A stretch of DNA of 18,850 nucleotides, taken from the NCBI GenBank assembly GCA_038208905.1, contig JBBQYG010000066.1, forward strand, positions 1 through 18,850, in the 5' to 3' direction. The stretch comes from Candidatus Sumerlaeia bacterium (GTDB lineage: Bacteria > Sumerlaeota > Sumerlaeia > SLMS01). This document shows, in pieces, positions 1 to 7,721 of the stretch. The notes under the pieces were generated by a model. The model searched no databases. It saw only the letters and a list, made by a program, of their open reading frames with translations, and had not been told where the DNA came from. Made by a program: the position numbers and the translations under genes. Every line of letters starts with the position of its first letter. Positions within the stretch are counted from its first letter, which is position 1.

Positions 1-404
1 GTGTCGGTGAGGTGGAGGGCGATTTCCACAAGTCCGGGGCGCGCAACGGTGGGTTCCCAGCGGGCGACCGTGGGGGCGAGCTGCTCGCTCTGGCCCCTCG
101 CCGTGCGGACGATGCCAGCGCGGGTGGGCGTGTAGCTCGCCTCGCCATCGGGGCCCACCGTGAAGAGCACTGCAAGCCCGGTAGAGGGATCCGCGGCGAC
201 GCGGAGGATGGTGGCTTGGTTGATGTCGGCGCGTAGCCGGCGCTGGAGCTTGTCGGCGTCCGAGGTGAACTCGGCGCGCATCGCCATCTCACGCCCGCGC
301 AGAGCGCTGGTTTGAAACAAGCCGAAGGTCCCGGCGGAGAGTAGGCCGATGATTGAAACGCAGATCATCAATTCGATCAGAGTGAAGGCCCGACAGCGAT
401 TCAT
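1..404 (-). CDS. Prepilin-type N-terminal cleavage/methylation protein (minor pilin/pseudopilin), partial at window edge
   Basis: Absent from the ORF track because it has no stop in the window. Manual translation from ATG 402-404 gives MNRCRA|FTLIELMICVSIIGLLSAGTFGLF..., a class III signal peptide with Glu+5. ATGA overlap with the upstream stop (401-403). Frame is open to the edge. Confidence 0.88.
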   Translation of the reverse strand, partial: MNRCRAFTLIELMICVSIIGLLSAGTFGLFQTSALRGREMAMRAEFTSDADKLQRRLRADINQATILRVAADPSTGLAVLFTVGPDGEASYTPTRAGIVRTARGQSEQLAPTVARWEPTVARPGLVEIALHLTD

Positions 405-1423
405 GGCATTGCCTCCGGGGGAGCGATCAGCGCATCGAACACGAGATCGGCGCGGCGGACAGGCGGGCCCACCGTGATGGAGATGCTGACAGGGACGAGA
501 CCATCGGCGCGCGGTTCGGCGATTGTAATGGACATCGGCAACTCTCCAGACTCGCGCTTCTCGGTGAGTCCTGCGACCAAGGGCGTGGCTCCCGCGCGTA
601 GGCGTTCGACCTCCGCGCTGACGACCAGCGCCGCCTCGCGTTCGTCCCGTGCCCGCGCCGAATGAATCGACGCGGTGTGAACTGCGTGCATATACATGGG
701 CGCTATGATCGCGATGATCGAAATGACGATGAGGAGTTCGATCAGCGTCATGCCTCGGGTGGACTTCGGCAGCCTCGGCAGCGAGCGGGGGCTCGAAACG
801 AACCGGGGAAGCGAGCGAGGGCGGAGGAGAAGGATTCCCCAGAGAATCGGCAAGAGGCTGTAGAGGAAAACACGCAGGGACGGATCAGTCATCAAACCGA
901 TGGCAAAGTTCAGGAAGACATTGCTGTTGATAGAGCTTAGCCACAACGAAGTCGAACGGGCGATCTCGACCATTCCAATTGAAAAGGAGAGCGCTGACCA
1001 AGCGATTGCCTGGAGGGGGCCGCGCATGGCGTCGCGTCCGTAGACCCATTCCCCGATGACGAGGATGGCAAGATACGAAATGACAATGCCGGCGAAAACC
1101 GCGATTTGCTGAGTTCCTGGAGCAATAAGGGCCAGCGTGCAAGCGACCACGATGACCACGGCAGACTTCAGAAAAGAACGCCGAAAACCCCGCGCGAGGA
1201 CGTACATGCCGACCGAAAAGAGTATCAGGGCAAAAGGGGCAATAATTCTTGCATTCTCGGCCTCAAAGCCGGGATTCGACCTGTTGAAGGACAGGCCAAG
1301 CGCCTTGCCAATTTGAACCCCGACAGGAAGGATAGAGATATACAAAAGAACGCCCACGATGACCGATACTGTGGTGGCGATCAGGATGCGGGGAAAGTTT
1401 ACTCGCTTCTCAGGTGTCGGCAT
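401..1423 (-). CDS. Polytopic membrane protein (~6 TM) fused to a C-terminal prepilin-type domain
   Basis: Start MPTPEKR at 1423 with GGAGGG upstream; the longer ORF extension overlaps the ATPase gene. Six hydrophobic segments, then an Arg/Pro linker, then KSTRG|MTLIELLIVISIIAIIAP (Met at 749-751). Confidence 0.85.
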   Translation of the reverse strand: MPTPEKRVNFPRILIATTVSVIVGVLLYISILPVGVQIGKALGLSFNRSNPGFEAENARIIAPFALILFSVGMYVLARGFRRSFLKSAVVIVVACTLALIAPGTQQIAVFAGIVISYLAILVIGEWVYGRDAMRGPLQAIAWSALSFSIGMVEIARSTSLWLSSINSNVFLNFAIGLMTDPSLRVFLYSLLPILWGILLLRPRSLPRFVSSPRSLPRLPKSTRGMTLIELLIVISIIAIIAPMYMHAVHTASIHSARARDEREAALVVSAEVERLRAGATPLVAGLTEKRESGELPMSITIAEPRADGLVPVSISITVGPPVRRADLVFDALIAPPEAMP

Positions 1424-2657
1424 GGCGATCAATCCCTCCCGGTGGCATGGTGAGGAAAAGGCGCTCGATCTCATCGGGCGTTGTATGTCCGCGTTCGAGA
1501 AGGGCGAGAGCCTCGGCAGTGGCCGGCGCGATGACGCGGAGCGACTGCTGAATCGCGCGGGCGTCATGGCGCGTGGCGAGGGCGGCGCTGGACTCCGGGC
1601 CGAGGACCGACCACTCCCCCACCGCGAGGCGACCCGCGTAGCCGATTCCTCCGCAAGCCTCGCAGCCAACCGCGGCATGGGCCCCGGCATCGTGCCATTC
1701 GGGAATCAGCGCGTCCAGCGGACGCGGTGCCGAGTCCACCGGGGCGGCGCACTTGGGGCACACGCGGCGCACGAGGCGCTGGCTGAGGATTCCGCCGAGC
1801 GCCGATGCGAGCATGAACGGCGCGGCGCCCATGTCGAGCAATCGGGCCAGCGCCTCGCCCGCGGTAAGTGTGTGCAGGCTGGAGAGCAGCCGATGACCCG
1901 TGAGCGCCGCGTTGAGAGCGACCTGGGCGGTTTCGGGATCGCGAATTTCGCCGACCAGAATGATCTCGGGATCCTGGCGCAGGAGCGCGCGAAGTCCACT
2001 GGCAAAGGTCAGGTTGCGCTCGGGGTCCACGGCGACCTGCGTCGCGAACGGCATCGGGATCTCCGGCGGGTCCTCCAGCGTGAGCACGGCCAGAGGCGAC
2101 GGTGAGACGGAGAACAGATGACTAAGTAGCGCCGCCAGCGTGGTGCTCTTGCCGCTCCCCGCGGGCCCAACGGCAAGGAGGAGTCCCTGTGGCCGGGCGC
2201 CCGCGCTGGAGAGCGCGTCGCACAGTGCCGGGCTGAAGCCGAGTTCCGCGAGCGCGGGAAGTTTCGACGGGCCGCCAAGCAACCGAATCACGGCCTTCTC
2301 GCCCGTCAGGGAGGGAATGATCGATAGCCGGGCCTCCGCCCTGGTGCCATTGGCGCCCGTGGCGAGCGTGAAGCGCCCCTCGATAACCGCCTCGCGGACG
2401 TAATCGGGGCAGCGGGCGAGGACCTTGAGGCGTGAAACGGCGCGTTCGTGCATGGCCCGTGTATAGACGCAGGCCTGGTGGAGGACGCCGTCGATGCGAA
2501 GCCAGAGGCGAGCCTCCCCTGCTGAAGTCGCCGGGAAAAGATGGAGGTCCGTGGCGCCGAGGGCCGCGGCCCCGTGGATCGTTTCGGAGAGCCACACCGC
2601 GACGTGGTCGAGGCTTTTGGGCGGAGAAATCATATACTGCCGGTCAGTAGTCGACAT
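1410..2657 (-). CDS. GspE/PulE/PilB family assembly ATPase, short form lacking the N1 domain
   Basis: ATDLHL and LRIDGVL (N2 domain), Walker A GPAGSGKSTT, Asp box TLEDPPE, Walker B RQDPEIILVGEIRD, His box GHRLLSSLHT, Zn motif CPKC...CEAC. Start MSTTDR at 2657 overlaps the pilC stop by 14 nt. Confidence 0.93.
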   Translation of the reverse strand: MSTTDRQYMISPPKSLDHVAVWLSETIHGAAALGATDLHLFPATSAGEARLWLRIDGVLHQACVYTRAMHERAVSRLKVLARCPDYVREAVIEGRFTLATGANGTRAEARLSIIPSLTGEKAVIRLLGGPSKLPALAELGFSPALCDALSSAGARPQGLLLAVGPAGSGKSTTLAALLSHLFSVSPSPLAVLTLEDPPEIPMPFATQVAVDPERNLTFASGLRALLRQDPEIILVGEIRDPETAQVALNAALTGHRLLSSLHTLTAGEALARLLDMGAAPFMLASALGGILSQRLVRRVCPKCAAPVDSAPRPLDALIPEWHDAGAHAAVGCEACGGIGYAGRLAVGEWSVLGPESSAALATRHDARAIQQSLRVIAPATAEALALLERGHTTPDEIERLFLTMPPGGIDRHADT

Positions 2658-3702
2658 TGCTAATCGTCCTGCCGATCCGGAGAATCGGAATGTACATTCC
2701 GAATGCCATCCATGCCACAAGGAAGCCGACGATGATGAGTAGCAGGGGCTCGAAGAATTCCTTCACCAGACGGATCGAGTGCTCCGCCCGGTGGCGATAG
2801 AATCCAGCGAGGGACTGGAGCGACTCGGCAAGCTGGCCGCGCTCCTGGGCGGAGCGAATCATGACGGAGAGCGTGGGTGGAAACACGGGCTGGCCTGAGA
2901 TCATGGCACCGAGCGCCTCGCCCTTGGCGAGACGCTGCTCGAAGTCCACCAGCGCAGAGCGCATGTAGCCGTTGACCGTCGATTCGGCAAGGAGCCCCAC
3001 CGCCTCGTTGAGGGGGATGCGGTTCTCCAGCATGAGCCCAAGGTGGCGGACAAATCGCGCGGTCTCGGCCATGCGGAGCGCGGGGCCAACGAGCGGCAGC
3101 GAGAGCATCCAGCGGCCCTGGCGATAGGAGGACCAGGAAAGCCCCGCCCCGACCCCGAGCAGCCAGAGGAAGCCGATGAGGACACCGGTCAGGGCGATCA
3201 TCGGAAAGAGATCGAGGCCAACTGTCGGCGTCGATTCCGCATTCCCTCCCATCGGCAAGTGACGGTAAATGTCCGTGACCTGGGGAACCACTCTCTGGAT
3301 CACAAAGATGGTAACAAGGAAGAGGACCCCCATGATGAAGGTTGGATAGATTGATATGCGCCGTAGCTGCTCGTGCATGGTGACGCCATCCTCCATCGTC
3401 GTGGCGAGGTCGCCCATCACGGCGGGGAGCGTCTGGCTTTCCTCCGCCATGCGAACGACTCGACGATAGGAATCAGGGAAAAGCCGGGGAGACTCCTCCA
3501 GTGCGGAGGAAAGCGTGGCGCCGGCTTCCAAGCGCAAGGCCACGTTGCGAACGCCTTCCTGCATCGATCGCGTCCCCGCCTCGTCGGCAAAGCTTCCGAC
3601 GACTTCCGCCAGCGGCGCGCGGGCCTGCATCGCCCCCGCGATGTGGCGGGTGAACAACGCAAGGTCCTGCGCCCTTTGGGCATAGCCCACGTGAATCTTC
3701 AT
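2644..3702 (-). CDS. Type II secretion system F / PilC family inner-membrane platform protein
   Basis: Two T2SSF repeats (LALFTRHIAGAMQARAPL...LEAGATLSSAL; RFVRHLGLMLENRIPL...LAKGEALG...QPVFPP...ERGQL...FFEPLLLIIVG) and three TM segments. AGGAG sits 6 nt before ATG 3702; alternative ATG at 3708. Confidence 0.92.
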   Translation of the reverse strand: MKIHVGYAQRAQDLALFTRHIAGAMQARAPLAEVVGSFADEAGTRSMQEGVRNVALRLEAGATLSSALEESPRLFPDSYRRVVRMAEESQTLPAVMGDLATTMEDGVTMHEQLRRISIYPTFIMGVLFLVTIFVIQRVVPQVTDIYRHLPMGGNAESTPTVGLDLFPMIALTGVLIGFLWLLGVGAGLSWSSYRQGRWMLSLPLVGPALRMAETARFVRHLGLMLENRIPLNEAVGLLAESTVNGYMRSALVDFEQRLAKGEALGAMISGQPVFPPTLSVMIRSAQERGQLAESLQSLAGFYRHRAEHSIRLVKEFFEPLLLIIVGFLVAWMAFGMYIPILRIGRTISNVDY

Positions 3703-3724
3703 CGCCATCTCCTAAATGTTGGAC

Positions 3725-4249
3725 TTACGGGCCAAAGACGTTGTGATCGCCGGGCGAAATTGTGCCGTTGGTTGGGTCGTAGTAGAGCACGTTTACGGGA
3801 GTCTTGGTTGCATCCAGGTCCAGCACCGCATCGGGCCCGGGAACCGCCAGCGCATACAGCGCCATGCCACCCCGGATCGGAACGCTGAACGGCTCGTCCT
3901 CGGTGTGAAACTGGGACAGATTGATATACGTGGCGCGTGTTTTTTGCATTCCATCGGTATAGGGAGCGCGGAATTCGGGGAGAGAAACCATATACGCAAC
4001 GGGTGTCGTGATGCAGGTTAGCTCGCCGGGGTCCGACTTGCGCGCCTCGCGGTTGAGGGGATACGCACGATGGTCGATGCGATAACTCTCAATGGCGCTT
4101 GCGATGGTTACCAAATCGGCTCGCTCCTGCGAAACACGGGCGCGGGTGGATGCCTCGAGGAAGTTGGGGACGGCGATAGCCATCAGAACGGTAATGATGA
4201 TCGCCACCACCAGCAGCTCGATATAGGTTACTCCGCGCCGTCGGCTCAT
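3725..4249 (-). CDS. Prepilin-type N-terminal cleavage/methylation protein (GspG-like major pseudopilin/pilin)
   Basis: MSRRRG|VTYIELLVVAIIITVLMAIAVPNFLEA...ADLVTIASAIESYRIDHRAYP and C-terminal YYDPTNGTISPGD. GGAGGG RBS upstream of ATG 4249. Confidence 0.9.
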   Translation of the reverse strand: MSRRRGVTYIELLVVAIIITVLMAIAVPNFLEASTRARVSQERADLVTIASAIESYRIDHRAYPLNREARKSDPGELTCITTPVAYMVSLPEFRAPYTDGMQKTRATYINLSQFHTEDEPFSVPIRGGMALYALAVPGPDAVLDLDATKTPVNVLYYDPTNGTISPGDHNVFGP

Positions 4250-4263
4250 TCGATGGGTCCCTC

Positions 4264-4773
4264 CTAGATCAGGTTGTACAGCTTCATCAGCTTGGCCTCG
4301 ATGCGCCGCCGTTCGTCGATGCGGTCGCGCGCGAGGGAAACATCCGCTGGATCGACGCTGGCGGAGAGAGCGGCGACTTCCCTCTCTCGCTCGGGCGGGC
4401 GAATGCCCGCGGCAACGGCCGCCCCATTGAGCCAGAGCGAGATCGCGAGCAGCGCCGCCGTGGCCGCGGTTCCCTGGGACAGGTGAATCAGCGGCGCGAG
4501 CCGACGGCGGCGGAGGCGTTCGGAGAGCGCCCCCTCGGCGTCGAGACGGTCCTCGAGGCGGAGCGCAAGATCGGCGAACCATGCGTCGCCGGGGACATCA
4601 AGCCCCTCTTCGCGGGCGGCGCGGATGATGGCCTCCGCCCCCTCCTCCAATTCGCGGCACGCGGGGCACCGGTCGCGGTGCTCGCGCATGGCGGAACGCT
4701 CCGTGTCGGGAAGCGTCCCCGACGCGAACTCATCCAGCCGGTCCTCGAATTCGCCACAGGCAATCCGCATCAT
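4264..4773 (-). CDS. Zinc-finger (zf-HC2/ZAS) anti-sigma factor with one TM helix
   Basis: ACGEFEDRLDEFASGTL...REHRDRCPAC (C...HxxxCxxC), then hydrophobic TAATAALLAISLWL. ATGA overlap with the sigma stop; GGAGG upstream. Confidence 0.88.
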   Translation of the reverse strand: MMRIACGEFEDRLDEFASGTLPDTERSAMREHRDRCPACRELEEGAEAIIRAAREEGLDVPGDAWFADLALRLEDRLDAEGALSERLRRRRLAPLIHLSQGTAATAALLAISLWLNGAAVAAGIRPPEREREVAALSASVDPADVSLARDRIDERRRIEAKLMKLYNLI

Positions 4774-5372
4774 GTTCCTTCCTCCCGGACGCGATTCGGC
4801 TGCGCCTCCCCAAGTGCTCCCTCGGCGCGCAGCAGCTCGCGCAGGCGCCGTATCGCAAAGTGGAGGTGCGCCTTGATGGCGCCCTCGCTGCACTGCATCG
4901 CCTCGGCAACTTCGGCGATGGACATCCCTTGATAGTGGCGCAGGGCGAATGCCGCCTGCTGGCGCTCCGGCAATCGGGCCGACAACACACGGATCCGCGC
5001 CGCCATGTCGCTGTTGACGATGTCGCCCAGCGGGGACTCGGTGGCGCGCTCCAGCGGATCGATCGCGACGACGCCGTCGGCCCGGTGCTGCCCGTCGCGG
5101 CGGCTTCGCTTTCGCAGCAGGTCGATGGACCGCCGCGTGGAAACCTGAATCAACCAGGCACGGGCGGAGCGAATCGCGCGTGCCTTGGCGCCCAGGCGTG
5201 CCAGCTCCAGAAAGGCGTCCTGGCTGGCCTCCTCCGCGTCCTCGTAGTTGCCGGTGATGCGAAGGGCCACGGCATAGGCGGTGCGGACGTGGGCGTCATA
5301 CAGGGCGCGAAAGGCCTCCCTGCTCCCTTTCGAGAGCTGCTCCAGCAGGATGTTGTCCGTGTTCTCGGCCAA
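4770..5372 (-). CDS. ECF RNA polymerase sigma-70 factor
   Basis: Region 2 EAFRALYD...DAEEASQDAFL...RAWLIQVSTRRSIDLLRK and region 4 LPERQQAAFALRHYQGMSIAEVAEAMQCSEGAIKAHLHFA. TTG 5372 preferred over TTG 5444 because a candidate promoter lies at 5408-5433. Confidence 0.93.
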   Translation of the reverse strand: MAENTDNILLEQLSKGSREAFRALYDAHVRTAYAVALRITGNYEDAEEASQDAFLELARLGAKARAIRSARAWLIQVSTRRSIDLLRKRSRRDGQHRADGVVAIDPLERATESPLGDIVNSDMAARIRVLSARLPERQQAAFALRHYQGMSIAEVAEAMQCSEGAIKAHLHFAIRRLRELLRAEGALGEAQPNRVREEGT

Positions 5373-5407
5373 GGCGTCGGGCTTTCTCTGCGCAGTCTGC
5401 TTGAATA

Positions 5408-5433
5408 GTCGCCAGAGGGGATGGAAGGGTTTA
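5408..5433 (-). promoter_or_regulatory. Putative ECF-type autoregulatory promoter
   Basis: Minus strand TAAAC-N17-CGAC just upstream of the sigma gene, matching the generic ECF pattern of AAC at -35 and CGt/a at -10. Confidence 0.5.
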
Positions 5434-5462
5434 GGGGTGATCAAACAAGGGACGCAATTAAC

Positions 5463-6257
5463 CTACTCCGGGTCTTGAGGAAGGCCGATCTGCCGGATGG
5501 CCCGGCGACAGACGCCGCGCAGGATGCTGACCTCGTTGCGTGTGGCGCCCCCCCGGGCGAGGAGGTTTCGGAGGCGGGCCACGGCATTGTCGGCTCGGCG
5601 GTCGGCGCTCCAGCCGGTGGCTGCCATCAGCTCGCGGAGGTGGTTTTCCAGCCCAAGAATTTCCTCGTGAGTGGCGGGGGCATCGTCGCCGTCTCCACCG
5701 GCAAGGGGGTTGAGTGCCCGGCGCGATGGGGCCAAGCCGAGTCCATCTTCCGTACACTCGACGCGACGATGGGCATCGGCCATCCCGGCGAGGGCGATCC
5801 CCACGGCCTGGACGAGGTTGAGCGAGGGGAAGTCGGGGGAGGTGGGGAGGCTCCAGAGAAAGTGACACAGTTCGAGTTCGGCGCCCTCCATGCCGCTCTC
5901 TTCTCGTCCAAAGACGAGGGCGCCCCGTGCGACGGCCCCTCGCTGGCGGAGCAGGGACTGCGGGACGAGTTCGACGCAATCGACCCGGTGGTGCCGCCCG
6001 TTGACTCCGGTCAGCCCGATCACGAGTTCGCGGTCGGCGATGGCCTCGGCCAGCGTCTCGAATACCGGGGCGGCTCGCAGGAGCTCCGCCGCGCCGGAAC
6101 TGAACCGCCGCGAGTCGGGGCCGTTGACCTCGCAACGGGGCGCCACGACGCGGAGCCCCCCGGCGCCTAGGTTCTTGACAACTCGCGCCACGCCGCCCAC
6201 GTTGCCGGGCTCCTTGGGCGATACCAGAACGACGATCCAGGGCCTTAGCAATTCCAA
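5463..6257 (-). CDS. trmJ: TrmJ/LasT family (SPOUT) tRNA methyltransferase
   Basis: IVVLVSPKEPGNVGGVARVVKNLG, ALVFGREESGM, PSLNLVQAV, and C-terminal helical domain ATHEE...RLRNLLAR...EVSILRG. TTG 6257 with GGAGG 7 nt upstream. Confidence 0.9.
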   Translation of the reverse strand: MELLRPWIVVLVSPKEPGNVGGVARVVKNLGAGGLRVVAPRCEVNGPDSRRFSSGAAELLRAAPVFETLAEAIADRELVIGLTGVNGRHHRVDCVELVPQSLLRQRGAVARGALVFGREESGMEGAELELCHFLWSLPTSPDFPSLNLVQAVGIALAGMADAHRRVECTEDGLGLAPSRRALNPLAGGDGDDAPATHEEILGLENHLRELMAATGWSADRRADNAVARLRNLLARGGATRNEVSILRGVCRRAIRQIGLPQDPE

Positions 6258-6399
6258 AACGGTGCCTCCATTTGAGCTAACTCGGGCCGATGCGGAGCCT
6301 GAATCGCGGCCATCCGGAAGGCAAGGGCGGCGATTTCCTTTGCGCGAGTGCGGCACTGCGCCCCAAGCATTGCGGGATTCGACAGCATCGAGGAAGTTC

Positions 6400-7479
6400 A
6401 TGGCCGACAAGTCATCGACGGACGACAGGGCGATTACATTGCTGGTGCAGCAGGGCCTGATTACCGACAGTCAGGCGAAGCGGCTTCGCACCGCCGTCAA
6501 GCGGGGCATGGCGCTGGGCGAGGCGGTGGTCAAGACGCCGATGGTGGATCCGGTGAAGCTGATCACCATCCAATCGATGGTGGCCCAGAATCTCCCCGTA
6601 GCCCCGCCTCAGGAGCCTGCGAAACCACCACTCGTCCCCGACCCCGACATGGATCTGGAAGTCGATCTGATCGATGATCGCGAGCCGCTCAAGATTGGCA
6701 ACGACGAGTTCCGCATCAAGAACCGGGGCCCAGTGGGGAGTGTTTCCGACGATTTGGACCTCGACTTCGACGACGAGGCGAATATGGAAACGGTCGGCCC
6801 CGCCCCGCCGATTCGCCCCAAGCTTCCTAGCATCGACCTCGCCGAGGCCCCCACGCTTTCCAAGGGCGAGATCGACGATCTGGCCGACAGCGATTTCGAA
6901 TTCCCCGATCCCGAGCCCCTTGCCGCGGAAGAGCGCGAGCAGTTCAAGGAGCAGGTGGACTCGCTGCTGGACGAAGCGTTCGACACGAAATCCAAGCCGC
7001 GCATCGTAAAGCCAAGCCACGGTACGCCCGCGCCACCGATGCCATCCTATGTGAGCCCGCGCTTGGAACCGCTCGCCGACAAGGAGAGCTATCGCGAAGG
7101 CAAGCGACAAATCCAGACGTTTGATTTGGCCGACGATGAGGGAATCAACCTCATCCGTCAGGTGAATGAAATCTTCGAGCGCGCGATCAACGAGAATGCC
7201 TCGGCGTTCCAGCTCGTCGCCGACGCCGTGCCCCAGAACCTGCGCATGTTCGACGCCAACGGGCGGATTTCATCCGAGGATTCCATCGACGCGGATAGCA
7301 TCGAGAAGGTGGTCAACCGCATCAAGGTGATGGCCCGCATCGAGGTGTGGCGCCGCCTGCCTGTGCAGAAGGGCTTCCTGAGACTGATCCACGCGGGAAC
7401 AAGCTGGGAATGCTTCCTGAAGTCGGAGACCGAGGCCGAAAGGAAGGAAGTAGTTTCGGTGTACTTGGAGCGAGCCTGA
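6400..7479 (+). CDS. Hypothetical protein: degenerate MshEN/GSPII_E_N-like N-terminus, acidic Pro-rich linker, PilB/GspE N2-like C-terminal domain, no ATPase
   Basis: ATG 6400 after GAGGA. N-term LLVQQGLITDSQ...GMALGEAVV. C-term LIRQVNEIFERAINENAS...VVNRIKVMARIEVWRRLPVQKG resembles PilB IVRLVN.I...AI...ASDIH...SRIKIMA.LDI.ERRLPQDG. Confidence 0.8.
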   Translation: MADKSSTDDRAITLLVQQGLITDSQAKRLRTAVKRGMALGEAVVKTPMVDPVKLITIQSMVAQNLPVAPPQEPAKPPLVPDPDMDLEVDLIDDREPLKIGNDEFRIKNRGPVGSVSDDLDLDFDDEANMETVGPAPPIRPKLPSIDLAEAPTLSKGEIDDLADSDFEFPDPEPLAAEEREQFKEQVDSLLDEAFDTKSKPRIVKPSHGTPAPPMPSYVSPRLEPLADKESYREGKRQIQTFDLADDEGINLIRQVNEIFERAINENASAFQLVADAVPQNLRMFDANGRISSEDSIDADSIEKVVNRIKVMARIEVWRRLPVQKGFLRLIHAGTSWECFLKSETEAERKEVVSVYLERA

Positions 7480-7507
7480 GGCGACGCAGGCGATGGGATA
7501 ACAATTC

Positions 7508-7540
7508 GGCCCCCGGCGGGAAAATCTCGCATCGGGGGCC
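7508..7540 (+). terminator. GC-rich hairpin downstream of the 6400-7479 gene (possible terminator)
   Basis: GGCCCCCG...CGGGGGCC with inner GCGGGA/TCTCGC pairing; the U-tract is weak. Confidence 0.4.
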
Positions 7541-7651
7541 TTGCTGCGTCAGCGTCGCGTTACTTTCAGATCGCCGAAGGAAGTGGCCGCGTCGGCCTTG
7601 GCCCATAAACCGGCGGCAAGCAAAGAGAATGGAGAATCACTGTTTCCCCGC

Positions 7652-7679
7652 TTGACAGGGAACCACCGCCTTGCACCTT
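7652..7679 (+). promoter_or_regulatory. Putative sigma70 promoter of the leuA leader
   Basis: Perfect TTGACA at 7652-7657 and a weak -10 (CACCTT, 7674-7679), just upstream of the T-box leader. Confidence 0.5.
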
Positions 7680-7721
7680 CATGACCCATCGGCAGCCGAA
7701 GTGGGCTGCCGCATCGCGAGC

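Noticed and set aside
1424-1690. N-terminal extension of the 429-aa ORF (likewise 4250-4582 and 4774-4893)
   Set aside because: These overlap upstream genes in other frames; RBS positions and gene overlaps support the shorter starts.
5890-6399. N-terminal extension of the 529-aa ORF
   Set aside because: It lies antisense to trmJ and is Arg/Ser/Pro-rich; the RBS supports ATG 6400.
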